A stretch of 64,000 nt of DNA from Spirochaetia bacterium (lineage in GTDB: Bacteria; Spirochaetota; Spirochaetia; SZUA-6; Bin103), in assembly GCA_965208575.1 (NCBI GenBank), contig CBDBOV010000004.1, positions 512,001 to 576,000 on the forward strand, given 5' to 3'. A model generated the notes under the pieces. The model was not told where the DNA came from. It was given only the letters and a program-made list of their open reading frames with translations, and made no database searches. Shown one piece after another: positions 40,810-51,796 of this stretch. A program made the translations under genes and the position numbers. The stretch's first letter is position 1. Each line of letters starts with the position of its first letter.

Positions 40810-42597
40810 ATGAAAATACTATTCACAAGGACCTTCGCGGTTGCGTTGGTCCTGATTCTGAGCGCGACCGGCCTCTGGGCCGCTGCCGCAGAAGAGGAGC
40901 CGGCAGCCGCTGCCGACAAGAAGTATGTGACCGACCCCAGCACCGGCAAGGTGGTGGTGGCACCACAGTATGGCGGGACAATCAGCATGGTGATGTCTAC
41001 GATCCCTCCGAATATTGACCCCTATATCGTGTACAACGCGGGATCGGTTATCTCGGGCGTTAATGAGAAGCTAGGCGTGACGGACTGGGCATTAGATAGG
41101 GACGTATTTGGCTATAAAACAATTTACACCCCTGAATTTGCCATAAGAGGGCATCTGGCTGAAAGCTGGGAGCAACCCGACCCACTAACTGGTATCGTCC
41201 ACATCCGCAAGGGCGTTTACTGGCATAATAAGGCACCGATGAACGGTCGGGAACTGACTGCCGATGATATCGTATATAGCTTTGAGCGTGTATTGGGACT
41301 GGGCGACTTCACCGAAGCTGGCCCTGGCGCAGCTGTTAACCCCGTAATCCGTAATGTTGAATCGGTAGAAGCCGCCGACAAGTATACGTTGGTAATTAAG
41401 CTGAAGGAGCTCAGCCTCGATACGCTGAAGCAAATCCTCATTGATGCTCGCGCTTATATATTGGCCCCCGAGGTAATCGAGCAATACGGCGACGTTACGG
41501 ATTGGAGGAATGTGGTCGGCACCGGGCCGTTTGAGCTGACTGACTGGGTCGAGGGCAGCTCCTATACCTATGTCAAGAATCCTGACTACTGGGGCTACGA
41601 CGAAAAATACCCGGAGAACCGCCTGCCCTATGTTGACGAGTTTAGGAAACTGATTTCGAAGGAAAAAGCGACAATTCTGGCGTTACTTCGCTCCGGTAAG
41701 GCTGATTACATCGGTAATGCGGGCGGCTCTCAACTAACTAGTGTCGACGCGGCAATGAGCCTCCAGCGGACCAACCCCGAGATCAACCTGTGGCCATATT
41801 CAACCGCGGCCAGAACGGCTTTTACTTTTAACGTACAGATACCACCCTGGAACGACATCAGGGTGCGCCACGCACTGCAGATGGCACTGGACCTTGAGAC
41901 AATTAACGCGACCTACTTCCAGGGTTGGGCAGATCCACGACCTGGGGGGCGTCAAGGGATAGGGCTTATCGGGTATCGCTTCCCGTATGAAGAGTGGCCC
42001 GAAGAGATCAAGCAATACTACAGGTATGACCCGGAAGGGGCCGAGAAGCTCCTTGACGAGGCTGGATACCCGCGCGGCGCCGACGGCATTCGATTCAAGA
42101 CCCTCTATGAGCACTACGAGGCCGCCGATTTAGACTATTACCAGATAGCGATGGAATACTTGCGTGCCATTGGCATTGATGTAGAGGTGAAGGTAATTGA
42201 CCGAGCTACTGCAATCGCTTATATACACGAACATAAGCAGCAAGGTATGATACACGCCGATAACAACTCCGACTATGCAAGTCCCTTCGCACTATGGGCC
42301 GCTCACTCGACCAATCTATGGGGCTTCGCCAACGTCCAGGACCCGGTTTTTGACGCCATGTATGACGCCGTCGTAGCCGCTACCACCGTTGAGGAGCAGA
42401 TGAGGCTGGCTATAGAGGCTGATAAGTACACCATAGAGAAGCACTGGTACATCGGGGGTCCGCGAGCTCCACATTTTAATGTGTCGCAGCCGTGGATCAT
42501 AGGTTATAACGGTGAAATTGACGGAAACATAGACGGGATTCAAAAATTCGCCCGCCTCTGGATTGACCATGAGCTGAAGGAAGCAATGGGTTATTAG
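40810..42597 (+). CDS. ABC family-5 SBP, cassette 4
   Basis: Same motifs as SBP1 and SBP3. Confidence 0.93.
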   Translation: MKILFTRTFAVALVLILSATGLWAAAAEEEPAAAADKKYVTDPSTGKVVVAPQYGGTISMVMSTIPPNIDPYIVYNAGSVISGVNEKLGVTDWALDRDVFGYKTIYTPEFAIRGHLAESWEQPDPLTGIVHIRKGVYWHNKAPMNGRELTADDIVYSFERVLGLGDFTEAGPGAAVNPVIRNVESVEAADKYTLVIKLKELSLDTLKQILIDARAYILAPEVIEQYGDVTDWRNVVGTGPFELTDWVEGSSYTYVKNPDYWGYDEKYPENRLPYVDEFRKLISKEKATILALLRSGKADYIGNAGGSQLTSVDAAMSLQRTNPEINLWPYSTAARTAFTFNVQIPPWNDIRVRHALQMALDLETINATYFQGWADPRPGGRQGIGLIGYRFPYEEWPEEIKQYYRYDPEGAEKLLDEAGYPRGADGIRFKTLYEHYEAADLDYYQIAMEYLRAIGIDVEVKVIDRATAIAYIHEHKQQGMIHADNNSDYASPFALWAAHSTNLWGFANVQDPVFDAMYDAVVAATTVEEQMRLAIEADKYTIEKHWYIGGPRAPHFNVSQPWIIGYNGEIDGNIDGIQKFARLWIDHELKEAMGY

Positions 42598-43149
42598 GGG
42601 TTTCACCCCTTGTGGCTTGTGACCTTAGGGAAGGAAAAAGGGAGCTGGGGGGTTCAAACCTCCCAGTTCCCGATACTCCTCAAATAGTGGGCTCTTCAGG
42701 AAATCGTGTGGGTAACTCCCTGGCGGGCGCCGTCAGAATCGGATCGTGGGTGACGGGGTGGATGTCCCATTCGGGGGCCCAGTCGTAAATCTGTACCCTT
42801 AATGACGGGGGGAATCAAGGGGGACACCCCCTTGAACCCCCGTTTCAAAGGGGTTTCACCCCTCTGGACTCCCCAAAACGGTGAGAGGCCAGTTTTTTTG
42901 GCAGGGGTCATTCGCACCTTAGAGAGTGCCGCGCCCTTCAACTTCGTTCCCTTCAACTACGTTCAGGGTAAACAGGACAAGCCCTTCAGTGGAAGGCCGG
43001 AAAGACGTGGAAGGTGGATTCCGGCTTTCGCCGGAATGACGGGTGAAAGAGGGCAACGGGATTGCCACGGTCGTCCAAAGGCGACCTCGCAATGACAAAA
43101 GAGGGTTGGCAATGACGGAGGAAATCGCAATGACAAGGAGTAATGTCAC

Positions 43150-44118
43150 ATGAGAGCCTATATCGTCAGGCGGTTATTGCTGTTAATCCCCACCTTGTTT
43201 ATATTGACCATCCTGGTCTTTCTCTCGGTCCGCTTCATCCCGGGCGATGTAATAGACGCAATGGTGGCTGAGATGGCAATGACAGGGTTCGCAGGACCGG
43301 GGGCGATTGACCGTGAAGCTCTTGAGCGTGCGCTGGGATTAGACGTGCCGGTTCACGTGCAGTATGGACGCTGGTTGGGAGGTATCTTACTACACGGCAC
43401 CCTTGGCGACTCACTGCTTGGCCAATGGTCGGTGGAGGAGAGGATAATAGGTAGATTGCCGGTGACCATTGAGCTTGGTTTGTTGTCAATCGTAATAGGG
43501 CTCCTGATAGCGCTGCCAGTCGGCATCTACTCGGCGATTCGCCAGGATGCAATCGCCGACTACCTGGGGCGCTCCATCGCCATCATCGGCCTGGCAACGC
43601 CTAACTTCTGGCTGGCACTTATGGTCATGCTCTTCCCGGCAATCTGGTGGGGCTGGTCGCCACCGCTGGAGCTGGTTCCTTTCACGGAAGACCCGCTGGG
43701 GAATCTCGGGGTGTTCATCATTCCCAGCCTGATTCTGGGGACGGCCATGGCTGCAGCCACAATGCGAATGACGCGCACCACGATGCTGGAGGTGCTCAGG
43801 CAGGACTATATCAGGACGGCCTGGTCAAAGGGTCTCAAGGAGAGGGTGGTTATTATGAGACACGCTATCAAAAATGCCCTCATCCCAGTAGTTACCCTGG
43901 TAGGCCTGCAGTTGCCTCTCCTGGTAGGCGGCTCGGTTATCATGGAGAACATATTTAACCTGCCGGGGGTAGGTCGTCTCATGCTGCTTGCCCTCGATGA
44001 CAGAGACTATCCGGTGGTCTCCGGAATAAACCTGATTTTTGCCACCGCGGTTATCGGGGGCAATCTAATGATAGACCTGATTTATCCTTATTTGGACGCC
44101 AGGGTCCGCTATGGATAA
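43150..44118 (+). CDS. ABC permease (OppB/DppB-like), cassette 4
   Basis: Close paralog of the other B genes. Confidence 0.93.
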   Translation: MRAYIVRRLLLLIPTLFILTILVFLSVRFIPGDVIDAMVAEMAMTGFAGPGAIDREALERALGLDVPVHVQYGRWLGGILLHGTLGDSLLGQWSVEERIIGRLPVTIELGLLSIVIGLLIALPVGIYSAIRQDAIADYLGRSIAIIGLATPNFWLALMVMLFPAIWWGWSPPLELVPFTEDPLGNLGVFIIPSLILGTAMAAATMRMTRTTMLEVLRQDYIRTAWSKGLKERVVIMRHAIKNALIPVVTLVGLQLPLLVGGSVIMENIFNLPGVGRLMLLALDDRDYPVVSGINLIFATAVIGGNLMIDLIYPYLDARVRYG

Positions 44119-44142
44119 GGGGGGGGGGGGGAAATTGGGAAT

Positions 44143-45123
44143 ATGAGTGATGCTATACGGATACCATCAGCAGTAAGTGAGCCAAAGAGACGTGCCGGGC
44201 TGGCTGATTTCTTTGTCAGGCTGTGGACGGAGAAGCCACTAGGTACTATCAGCGGGATTATAGTGTTGATATTGATTTTGGTGGCTATCTTCGCCGATGT
44301 TCTGGCCCCCTATGGCTATACTGAAATGCACCTGGTAGACAGGCTGCAGGGCGCATCAGCCCGGTATCTCCTGGGTACCGACCAGATAGGGCGAGACTTC
44401 TTGAGCCGCCTTATCTTCGGGGCTCGTCTTTCCATACTTGTCGGTCTGGCGGCGACCGCTCTCAATGTTGTGGTGGCTGTCCTGATAGGCGGCATTTCAG
44501 GATTCCTTGGCGGCAAATTGGACCTGGCTGTGCAGAGATTTGTCGATGCCTGGATGGCTTTCCCGGGACTGCTGCTGTTGTTAACCATAATGTCCATAGT
44601 GGGGCAGGGTGTTTTACAGATAATACTGGTCCTGGGGATAACCGGAGGCGTCGTCGGCTCAAGAGTAATCAGAGGCGCCGTTATCGGCATTAAAGAGAAT
44701 GTATATTTTCAGGCGGCAGAGGCGATTGGCTGCGCAAAATGGAGAACGCTTATCCGACATGTCCTGCCCAATATTATGCCTATCGTAATCATCATATTCA
44801 GCATCAACATCGGGGGGGTGATTATGAGTGAGGCCTCTCTGAACTTCCTGGGATTCGGTCTGTCCCCGGACATTCCTAGCTGGGGTACTCTGCTCAGCTG
44901 GGAAGGACGTCTGTACATGGAGATGGCGCCATGGCTGGCTCTCTGGCCTGGTCTTTGCCTGACTATTGTAGTTTACAGTCTAAACATGTTCGGCGACGCC
45001 GTGCGCGACCTTCTTGACCCCAGGCTGAAGGGCGGTGTGGGGCATCCCGGTGCTTATGGCGCGAAGTCTGTTAAGAAAGCCAGGAAGAAGCTGGAGGCCA
45101 GGGCTAATAAGCAATTTTTCTGA
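44143..45123 (+). CDS. ABC permease (OppC/DppC-like), cassette 4
   Basis: OppC motifs; preceded by a long G run at ~44118-44132. Confidence 0.92.
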   Translation: MSDAIRIPSAVSEPKRRAGLADFFVRLWTEKPLGTISGIIVLILILVAIFADVLAPYGYTEMHLVDRLQGASARYLLGTDQIGRDFLSRLIFGARLSILVGLAATALNVVVAVLIGGISGFLGGKLDLAVQRFVDAWMAFPGLLLLLTIMSIVGQGVLQIILVLGITGGVVGSRVIRGAVIGIKENVYFQAAEAIGCAKWRTLIRHVLPNIMPIVIIIFSINIGGVIMSEASLNFLGFGLSPDIPSWGTLLSWEGRLYMEMAPWLALWPGLCLTIVVYSLNMFGDAVRDLLDPRLKGGVGHPGAYGAKSVKKARKKLEARANKQFF

Positions 45124-45399
45124 TGACGGTGCCTATTGTGCTTACAAATTCGGAGTGACCTGATTCACCGGGATGACTGCTATCGAGGGTCGTTTACGCG
45201 GCGTGAAGGCCCGGGACCGGCTGACACGAAGATGCGACGCGATTTCCACAAAGATGATCTGTCAAAGCTGGCGCAGCCTGAAGACGTGGCCGACATGGTC
45301 ATACCTGTGGTTACGCAGTCGCCGAAAATCCATACAACAGTTTTATCTCTCTTTACGGCCACAAACCCGGAGCGAACCCGAGCACCCTCCAGCTCGCGT

Positions 45400-45815
45400 C
45401 GACTGACCTTTGCAAGACGGCATTGGTGCTGATGGCCAGCGCCGCCGCTGCCGCCTTCAGCGAGAGACATCCGTCGGTCTGCTCGGTGGGCTTGAGCTTG
45501 CTGATGTCCTGCTCGGTGACAACAATCCTCCAGGGTGCACCCGAGGTGGCCTGTGCACCGCGTAGCAAGCCGGCTTCCACCCAGCGAATGACGGTGCTGT
45601 TGGTCACGCCCAGCAGCTCTGCGGCCCGCTCGGCGGTATAGACATCTTGCCCGTGTAACGGCACCCGTGGGCCCGGCGCGATACCGTGTTTGAGGCGCAC
45701 GTTGGCCACGTGATAGGCCATAAAGGAGTGGCCCTTGGGTGTCAGCAGTTTCTTGCGCCGCAGGATCCTCGCGATCTGGGCGTCAGTGAACTCACCTGCC
45801 AGCTTCCTGATGACC
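45400..45815 (-). pseudogene. C-terminal fragment of large serine recombinase/HTH mobile-element protein
   Basis: TDAQIARILRRKKLLTPKG.SF..YTAERAAELLGVTNSTVIRWVEAGLLRG.Q..GAPWRI. Confidence 0.55.
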
Positions 45816-45901
45816 CTTGACACCATAAAGGACATTCGGTATCACTGACATCGGAATTTGCCGATATAGACCTTTTTAATCTGATCAACCGAGGTGTCGA
45901 T

Positions 45902-47203
45902 ATGCTTGATAATAACACCGCAACAGAGATCCTGGAAGCTGTAGATAAGAACTTTGATGAACAGATCGATTTTACCGCCGAGCTGGTAAAATTCCCGTCT
46001 GTCAGGGGGCAGGAGCACACCGCCCAGGATTTCATGGCGCGGGAAATGGCCGCCAGAGGCCTGGCCGTGGACCGGTGGAAAATCAAGGTCGGTGATATTG
46101 AAAACATGACGGGGTATTCACCGGTCAATGTCTCCTACGAGAAGGCCTACAATGTGGTGGGGACGCATCGCTCCTCGACATCCAGGGGACGGTCGCTGAT
46201 CCTCAACGGCCACATCGATGTGGTTCCCACCGGCCCTGTTTCCGGGTGGAAATATCCCCCCTTTGAACCTGTCATTGACGACGGGTGGATGTACGGTCGC
46301 GGCGCGGGTGATATGAAAGCCGGACTGGTCTCCTGCCTGTTTGCTCTCGAGGCGTTAAAACGAGCCGGGCTGGCGCCCGGAGCAGACGTATTCCTTCAAT
46401 CCGTTATCGAGGAGGAGCCTACCGGAAACGGGACCCTGGCCTGCCTGCAGCGCGGCTATCGGGCAGACGCCTTTCTGGACACCGAACCGATGGGTGAAAC
46501 CCTGCTGCGGGCTCACATGGGCATCATGTGGTTTCAGGTCCAGATAAGCGGCGATCCACAACACGCATCCATTGCCCAGACCGGCGGCGCGAATGCCATT
46601 GAGAATGCTTTTTACCTGGTTGGCGAGCTTAAGAAACTGGAAAAATCCTGGAACGAATCCAAGAGTAATTATCCGGAATTCGCAGATCATCCTCATCCCG
46701 TTCACTTCAATCTCGGGAAAATCGAGGGCGGAGATTGGGTTTCCAGCGTGCCGGCCTGGTGCAATTTCGACATGCGTATCGGATTTTATCCCGGCTGGGA
46801 CCTGGGCCAGATCCGTTCCGACATCGAATCCTGCGTGCAGGAGGCTGCTCAAAAGCATCCGTTTCTCAAGGACCATCCGCCCCGGGTCGTGTTCCACGGA
46901 CACCAGACCGAGGGGTATGTCCTGAAAAACGCCCGGGAAGCCGAGACCGTGCTGGGCAGAAGCCACAAGCGGGTATTCGAAAAGGACCTGGTTGAAATCT
47001 GCATCCCCGGGGCTACGGATGCGCGGATATATGCTTTATACGCGGACACGCCCTCGCTGGTTTACGGCCCGAGAAGCCGCTCCATCCACGGCTTCGATGA
47101 AGCGGTGGAGATCGAATCCATCAGAAAAACCACCGGGGCCATTGCGCTCTTCATCGCCGACTGGTGCGGTGTGGAGGAAAAAAATATGGTGACAGGCACC
47201 TGA
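45902..47203 (+). CDS. M20 ArgE/DapE-family amidohydrolase
   Basis: LILNGHIDVVP, GRGAGDMKAG, IEEE, DAR, IHGFDE. Confidence 0.9.
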   Translation: MLDNNTATEILEAVDKNFDEQIDFTAELVKFPSVRGQEHTAQDFMAREMAARGLAVDRWKIKVGDIENMTGYSPVNVSYEKAYNVVGTHRSSTSRGRSLILNGHIDVVPTGPVSGWKYPPFEPVIDDGWMYGRGAGDMKAGLVSCLFALEALKRAGLAPGADVFLQSVIEEEPTGNGTLACLQRGYRADAFLDTEPMGETLLRAHMGIMWFQVQISGDPQHASIAQTGGANAIENAFYLVGELKKLEKSWNESKSNYPEFADHPHPVHFNLGKIEGGDWVSSVPAWCNFDMRIGFYPGWDLGQIRSDIESCVQEAAQKHPFLKDHPPRVVFHGHQTEGYVLKNAREAETVLGRSHKRVFEKDLVEICIPGATDARIYALYADTPSLVYGPRSRSIHGFDEAVEIESIRKTTGAIALFIADWCGVEEKNMVTGT

Positions 47204-47496
47204 TTTTTCGCTTGAAGCGAAAAAAGCCGCTGCAATCGGCAGGGTTGCGGCGGCCTGGTTTGCCACCCATAACGTTGACGGGCCGTGTTAACACTATAAG
47301 GCCCAGATACGCATTCATCTTTCTTTAACGTAGAATGAGCGGCGTCACGGCGATTTATGTTTTTCTTAAGCATCTTTGTGTCAGCCGGTCTCGGTTCGAT
47401 AAGGGTCGCTTCCACGCCATATGAACTACCCTCCTCGTTTGTCACCCGGTCACTCCGAATTTGTAAGCACAATAGGCACCGTCATTAGAAAACTTA

Positions 47497-48456
47497 TTAG
47501 CCCTTGGCCTCCAGTTTCTTCCTGGCTTTCTCAACCGACTTTGCGCCATAGGCACCCATTCGCCCCACACCACCCCTCAGCCTCGGGTCTAGCAAGTCCC
47601 TCAGCGCGTCGCCGAACATGTTTAGACTGTAAATCACAATAGTCAGGCAAAGACCGGGCCAGAGAGCCAGCCGTGGCGCCGTCTCCATGAATTCGCGCCC
47701 TTCCCGGCTGAGCAGACCTCCCCATTCAGGAATCTTGTATGGCAGACCGTATCCGAGAAAGCTCAGAGAAGCAATACTCAGGATCGTGCCTCCTATGTTT
47801 ACGCTGAATATGATGATTACGACAGGCGCAATATTGGGCACGACATGTCGGATAAGTGTTCTCCATCTTGAGGAGCCAATCGCCTCCGCCGTCTGAAAAT
47901 ACACATTCTCTTTAATGCCAATAACGGCACCTCTAACTACTCTTGAGCCGCCGATGCCTCCGGCGATCCCCAGGACCAGTACTATCTGTAACACACCCCG
48001 TCCCACTATGGACATTAACGTTAACAACAGGAGCAGTCCTGGGAAACACATCCAGGCATCGACAAATCTCTGCACAAGTAGGTCGAATTTACCACCAAGG
48101 AATCCTGAGGTGCCACCTATCAGGGTACTGACCACAACATTGAGAGCAGTCGTGGCCAGACCGACAAGTAACGAACTACGAGCCGCGAAGATAAGGCGGC
48201 TCAAGAAGTCTCGCCCTATGTGGTCGGTACCCAGCAGATACTGGGCTGATGGGCCCTTCATTATGTCATACATGTGTGCTTCATCATATGGATAAGGAGT
48301 CAGAACATCGGCGAAGATAGCCACAAAAATCAATAGCAATATGATAATCCCGCAGGCAGTACCCAGCGGCTTCTCCTTGACCATCCTGATGAATAAATCA
48401 GCCAGATCGGCACGTCTCTTTGGCTCACTTACAGCCGACGGTATCTCGTCACTCAT
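47497..48456 (-). CDS. ABC permease (OppC/DppC-like), cassette 5
   Basis: OppC motifs; C-terminal tail shared with cassette 4. Confidence 0.92.
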   Translation of the reverse strand: MSDEIPSAVSEPKRRADLADLFIRMVKEKPLGTACGIIILLLIFVAIFADVLTPYPYDEAHMYDIMKGPSAQYLLGTDHIGRDFLSRLIFAARSSLLVGLATTALNVVVSTLIGGTSGFLGGKFDLLVQRFVDAWMCFPGLLLLLTLMSIVGRGVLQIVLVLGIAGGIGGSRVVRGAVIGIKENVYFQTAEAIGSSRWRTLIRHVVPNIAPVVIIIFSVNIGGTILSIASLSFLGYGLPYKIPEWGGLLSREGREFMETAPRLALWPGLCLTIVIYSLNMFGDALRDLLDPRLRGGVGRMGAYGAKSVEKARKKLEAKG

Positions 48457-48474
48457 GTTCTTGATTGTCCCCCT

Positions 48475-49485
48475 TTATCTATAACGGACCCTGGGGTCAA
48501 AAAAAGGATACATCAGGTCGATCACTAGATTGATCCCCATAACCGCGGTGCCGAAAAACAGGTTTATTCCGGAGACCACCGGGTAGTCTCGGTCATTGAG
48601 GGCGTTCACCATGAGACGACCTAGCCCCGGCAGGGCAAATATGTTCTCCATGATAACCGAGCCACCTACCAGGAGAGGCAACTGCATGCCAATGAGGGTA
48701 ACTACCGGGATGAATGCATTCTTGAGGACGTGTCTCATAACAACCACCCTCTCCTTCAGACCTTTGGACCATGCCGTCCTGATATAGTCCTGCCTGAGCA
48801 CCTCCAGCATCGCGGTACGCGTCAGCCGCATTGTGGCTGCAGAATAGGCCGTCCCCAGAATCAGGCTGGGAATGATGAACATCCCCAGATTCCCCAGCGG
48901 GTCTTCCGTGAAAGAAATCAGCTCCATCGGGGGCGCCCAGCCCCACCAGATTGCCGGGAAAATCATGACCATCAGGGCCAGCCAGAAGTTAGGCGTTGCC
49001 AGGCCGATGATGGCGATGGAGCGCCCGGCGTAGTCGGCGGCCGTATCCTGGCGAATCGCCGAGTAGATGCCGACGGGCAGCGCTATCACTAGCCCGATTA
49101 CGATTGCCATGGCGCCAAGCTGAACGGTTACCGGCAATCTACCTAATATCTCCTCCTCTATCGGCAAAGCGCTGCCCCACATTGATTCGCCAAGGGTGCC
49201 GTGCAGGAGACCTTTAAAGTGGGACTCACCGGTAACCCAGTCAGGGGTCGGCAACACTCCTATCCAGCGTCCATATTGCACGTGAACAGGCACATCTAGT
49301 CCCAGATAACGCTCAAGAGCTTCACGGTTTATATTGCCATAGCCAAAAACAGACGTTTCTAGCCTCATCACCATTAAGTCTATTGTATCGCCCGGGATGA
49401 AGCGGACGGTGAGAAAGACCAGGAGCGTCAAAATCCACAAGGTGGGGATTATCAGCAATAACCGCCTGATGATATAGGCTCTCAT
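48475..49485 (-). CDS. ABC permease (OppB/DppB-like), cassette 5
   Basis: Close paralog of the other B genes. Confidence 0.93.
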   Translation of the reverse strand: MRAYIIRRLLLIIPTLWILTLLVFLTVRFIPGDTIDLMVMRLETSVFGYGNINREALERYLGLDVPVHVQYGRWIGVLPTPDWVTGESHFKGLLHGTLGESMWGSALPIEEEILGRLPVTVQLGAMAIVIGLVIALPVGIYSAIRQDTAADYAGRSIAIIGLATPNFWLALMVMIFPAIWWGWAPPMELISFTEDPLGNLGMFIIPSLILGTAYSAATMRLTRTAMLEVLRQDYIRTAWSKGLKERVVVMRHVLKNAFIPVVTLIGMQLPLLVGGSVIMENIFALPGLGRLMVNALNDRDYPVVSGINLFFGTAVMGINLVIDLMYPFFDPRVRYR

Positions 49486-49765
49486 GTGATACTCCTCATT
49501 TCACTTTCCCCCGTGATTACCACCCCTCTCTCGTCATTCCCATTTCCCCCGTCATTCCCGCGAATGCGGGAATCCACCTCCCCCGTCATTCCGCCGGAAG
49601 GCGGAATCCAGAGTAATTTCAAATGGTTGCGTTTTCTGGATTCCGGGTCTCCGCCCGGAATGACAGTAAGAAAGCGCCTCGCAATAACATCGTGTGTGGG
49701 GAGCCGGGAGGCTTGAGCCCCCCAGCTCCCTCTTTCCCTGAGCTAAGCCACAAGGGGTGAAACCC

Positions 49766-51613
49766 CTAATGACCCATTGCTTCCTTCAGCTCCTGGTCGA
49801 TCCAGAGGCGGGCGGCGATGGTATATTCAACTTGGTTAGGGAACAGTCTCAATTCTCCGTTATAACCTTTGACCCACGGCTGGGTCACGCTCGTCCACGG
49901 TGTTACATTACCAGCAAATACGACCCAGTGCCTCTCTATTGCGTACATATTCAGCTCTCTCACCAAAAGCAATTGCTCTTCTTCCGTGCTTACCTTTTCG
50001 GCGGCTGCCAACATGGCGTCATAAACCGGATCGTTCACATTGGCGGAGTTAACATCAGCACCAGTCTTGTACGTAGCCATCATGTTCCAAGGCGGGAACG
50101 TCCCCGTGTCGGCTATTAGGGGGGACCAAATCATGTCATGATCTCTAGCTTTCCTTCTACTAACCACCTCATCACTTGTCACTACATCAACCTCTACATC
50201 AACGCCAATGTCACGATAGTATGTAGCGGCTAGTAATTCTATATAGTCCGGATCGAATCTATCACCCCAGGTCACTGAGGCCTTGAACCTGATGCCGTCG
50301 GCCCCGCGCGGATACCCCGCCTCATCAAGGAGCTTCTCGGCCCCTGCCGGGTCATACCTATAGCCTTTCTTGACCTCGTCGGGCCATTCTTCGAATGGGG
50401 TGCCAGCCAGTGGGACATCGTTGGCAATCAGTCCCTGAGGTCCCGACATTCCCCACCCTTTGAAGTAGGTCTCGTTCAGTGTCTCAAGGTCCAGTGCCAT
50501 CTGCATTGCCTTGCGCACCCGGATGTCATCAAAGGGTGGCCTCTGCGTGTTCATGCCAATACCACGGTCCCCCCGTACAATATGCTCCCATATCACGATT
50601 TCGGGGTTGGTCCGCTGCATGCTCTCCACCTTGTCGATACTGTTGAGCGGCGGAGGATAGGAGAGCACGGTGCCGCTGTAATCGATCTTACCCGTGCGCA
50701 GTGCCGCGATTAGTGTTGCTGGGTCTGGCAAAACCTTGACCCTTAACTCGTCAACATAGGGCAAGCGGTTGCCCGGATATTTTTCGTCGTCGCTCCAGTA
50801 GTCAGGATTCTTGGTAAGGGTCATAGAGCTGTCCTCGACAAAGTCAGTCAGCATCCAGGGTCCGGTGCCGACCACGTTCCTCCAATCCTTCATGTCACCG
50901 TATTCCTCGATTACCTCCCGTGCAACAATATAGTGAACTACATTGCCGATGATAGACCGCAGCGCACGGGCGTCTGGCCGCGTCAGCTTAAAAACAACCG
51001 TCCATTTGTCCGTTGCTGTTATCGATTCGATCGGCATCGTATCCCACCCATCATACCAGAGGCCGGGGGTAGGTTCGGCTTCACTGAACTCGGTCCCTGT
51101 CAATACATTTCCCAAATTGCGGTGAAAGGTATATTCTACATCATCGGCAGTCAGCTCCCGACCGTTCACCGGTGGTTTATCGTGGAAGTGAACGCCCTGG
51201 CGGATGTGGATGGTATAGGTGAGGCCGTCCTCGGAAAAGTCCCAGCTTTCCGCCAGCGCCCCTCTTAAGCCAAATAGAGGAGAGGCAAAATTTGACCAGT
51301 CAAATTCGTCCCTATCTATTGCCCAGTCGCCGATGCTTAGCGGCTCTAGAACACCATGGAGTATGGTGAGGGTGGCCCAGGCACTGGCAAAATACGGGTC
51401 AGCATTCGGAGGAAAGCCATGCTGCTTGGATATGGTCAATGTCCCGCCATACTCTGGCGCGGACACTGCCTTACCGGTAGTGGGGTCGGTCACATACTTC
51501 TTGTCGGCAGCGGCTGCCGGCGCGTCTTCGTCTGCCCCAGTGGCCCACAGGCCGGTTGCGCTCAGAATCACGACCAACGCAATCGCGAAGGTCCTTGCAA
51601 AAATGATTTTCAT
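49766..51613 (-). CDS. ABC family-5 SBP, cassette 5
   Basis: Same motifs as the other SBPs. Confidence 0.93.
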   Translation of the reverse strand: MKIIFARTFAIALVVILSATGLWATGADEDAPAAAADKKYVTDPTTGKAVSAPEYGGTLTISKQHGFPPNADPYFASAWATLTILHGVLEPLSIGDWAIDRDEFDWSNFASPLFGLRGALAESWDFSEDGLTYTIHIRQGVHFHDKPPVNGRELTADDVEYTFHRNLGNVLTGTEFSEAEPTPGLWYDGWDTMPIESITATDKWTVVFKLTRPDARALRSIIGNVVHYIVAREVIEEYGDMKDWRNVVGTGPWMLTDFVEDSSMTLTKNPDYWSDDEKYPGNRLPYVDELRVKVLPDPATLIAALRTGKIDYSGTVLSYPPPLNSIDKVESMQRTNPEIVIWEHIVRGDRGIGMNTQRPPFDDIRVRKAMQMALDLETLNETYFKGWGMSGPQGLIANDVPLAGTPFEEWPDEVKKGYRYDPAGAEKLLDEAGYPRGADGIRFKASVTWGDRFDPDYIELLAATYYRDIGVDVEVDVVTSDEVVSRRKARDHDMIWSPLIADTGTFPPWNMMATYKTGADVNSANVNDPVYDAMLAAAEKVSTEEEQLLLVRELNMYAIERHWVVFAGNVTPWTSVTQPWVKGYNGELRLFPNQVEYTIAARLWIDQELKEAMGH

Positions 51614-51760
51614 TGTTTTTGTCCATCATTTTGATCTTGAGAGTATTACGGAGCGGCCTGCCGCTCCCTGGCTACTCTCGCGCCCGCAACGCAGACGGCC
51701 GGCCAGACAGAGTCAGATTTGTGAAGCGCGCGGCGTGTGACTCACCGGGTTCACCCCGGC

Positions 51761-51796
51761 TCACGCCGCGCGCGCGTGCGGTTCTTTGAGTATCAT
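51761..51796 (-). CDS. Putative leader peptide MILKEPHARAA, copy 5
   Basis: AAGAGG-5nt-ATG..TGA. Confidence 0.65.
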   Translation of the reverse strand: MILKEPHARAA

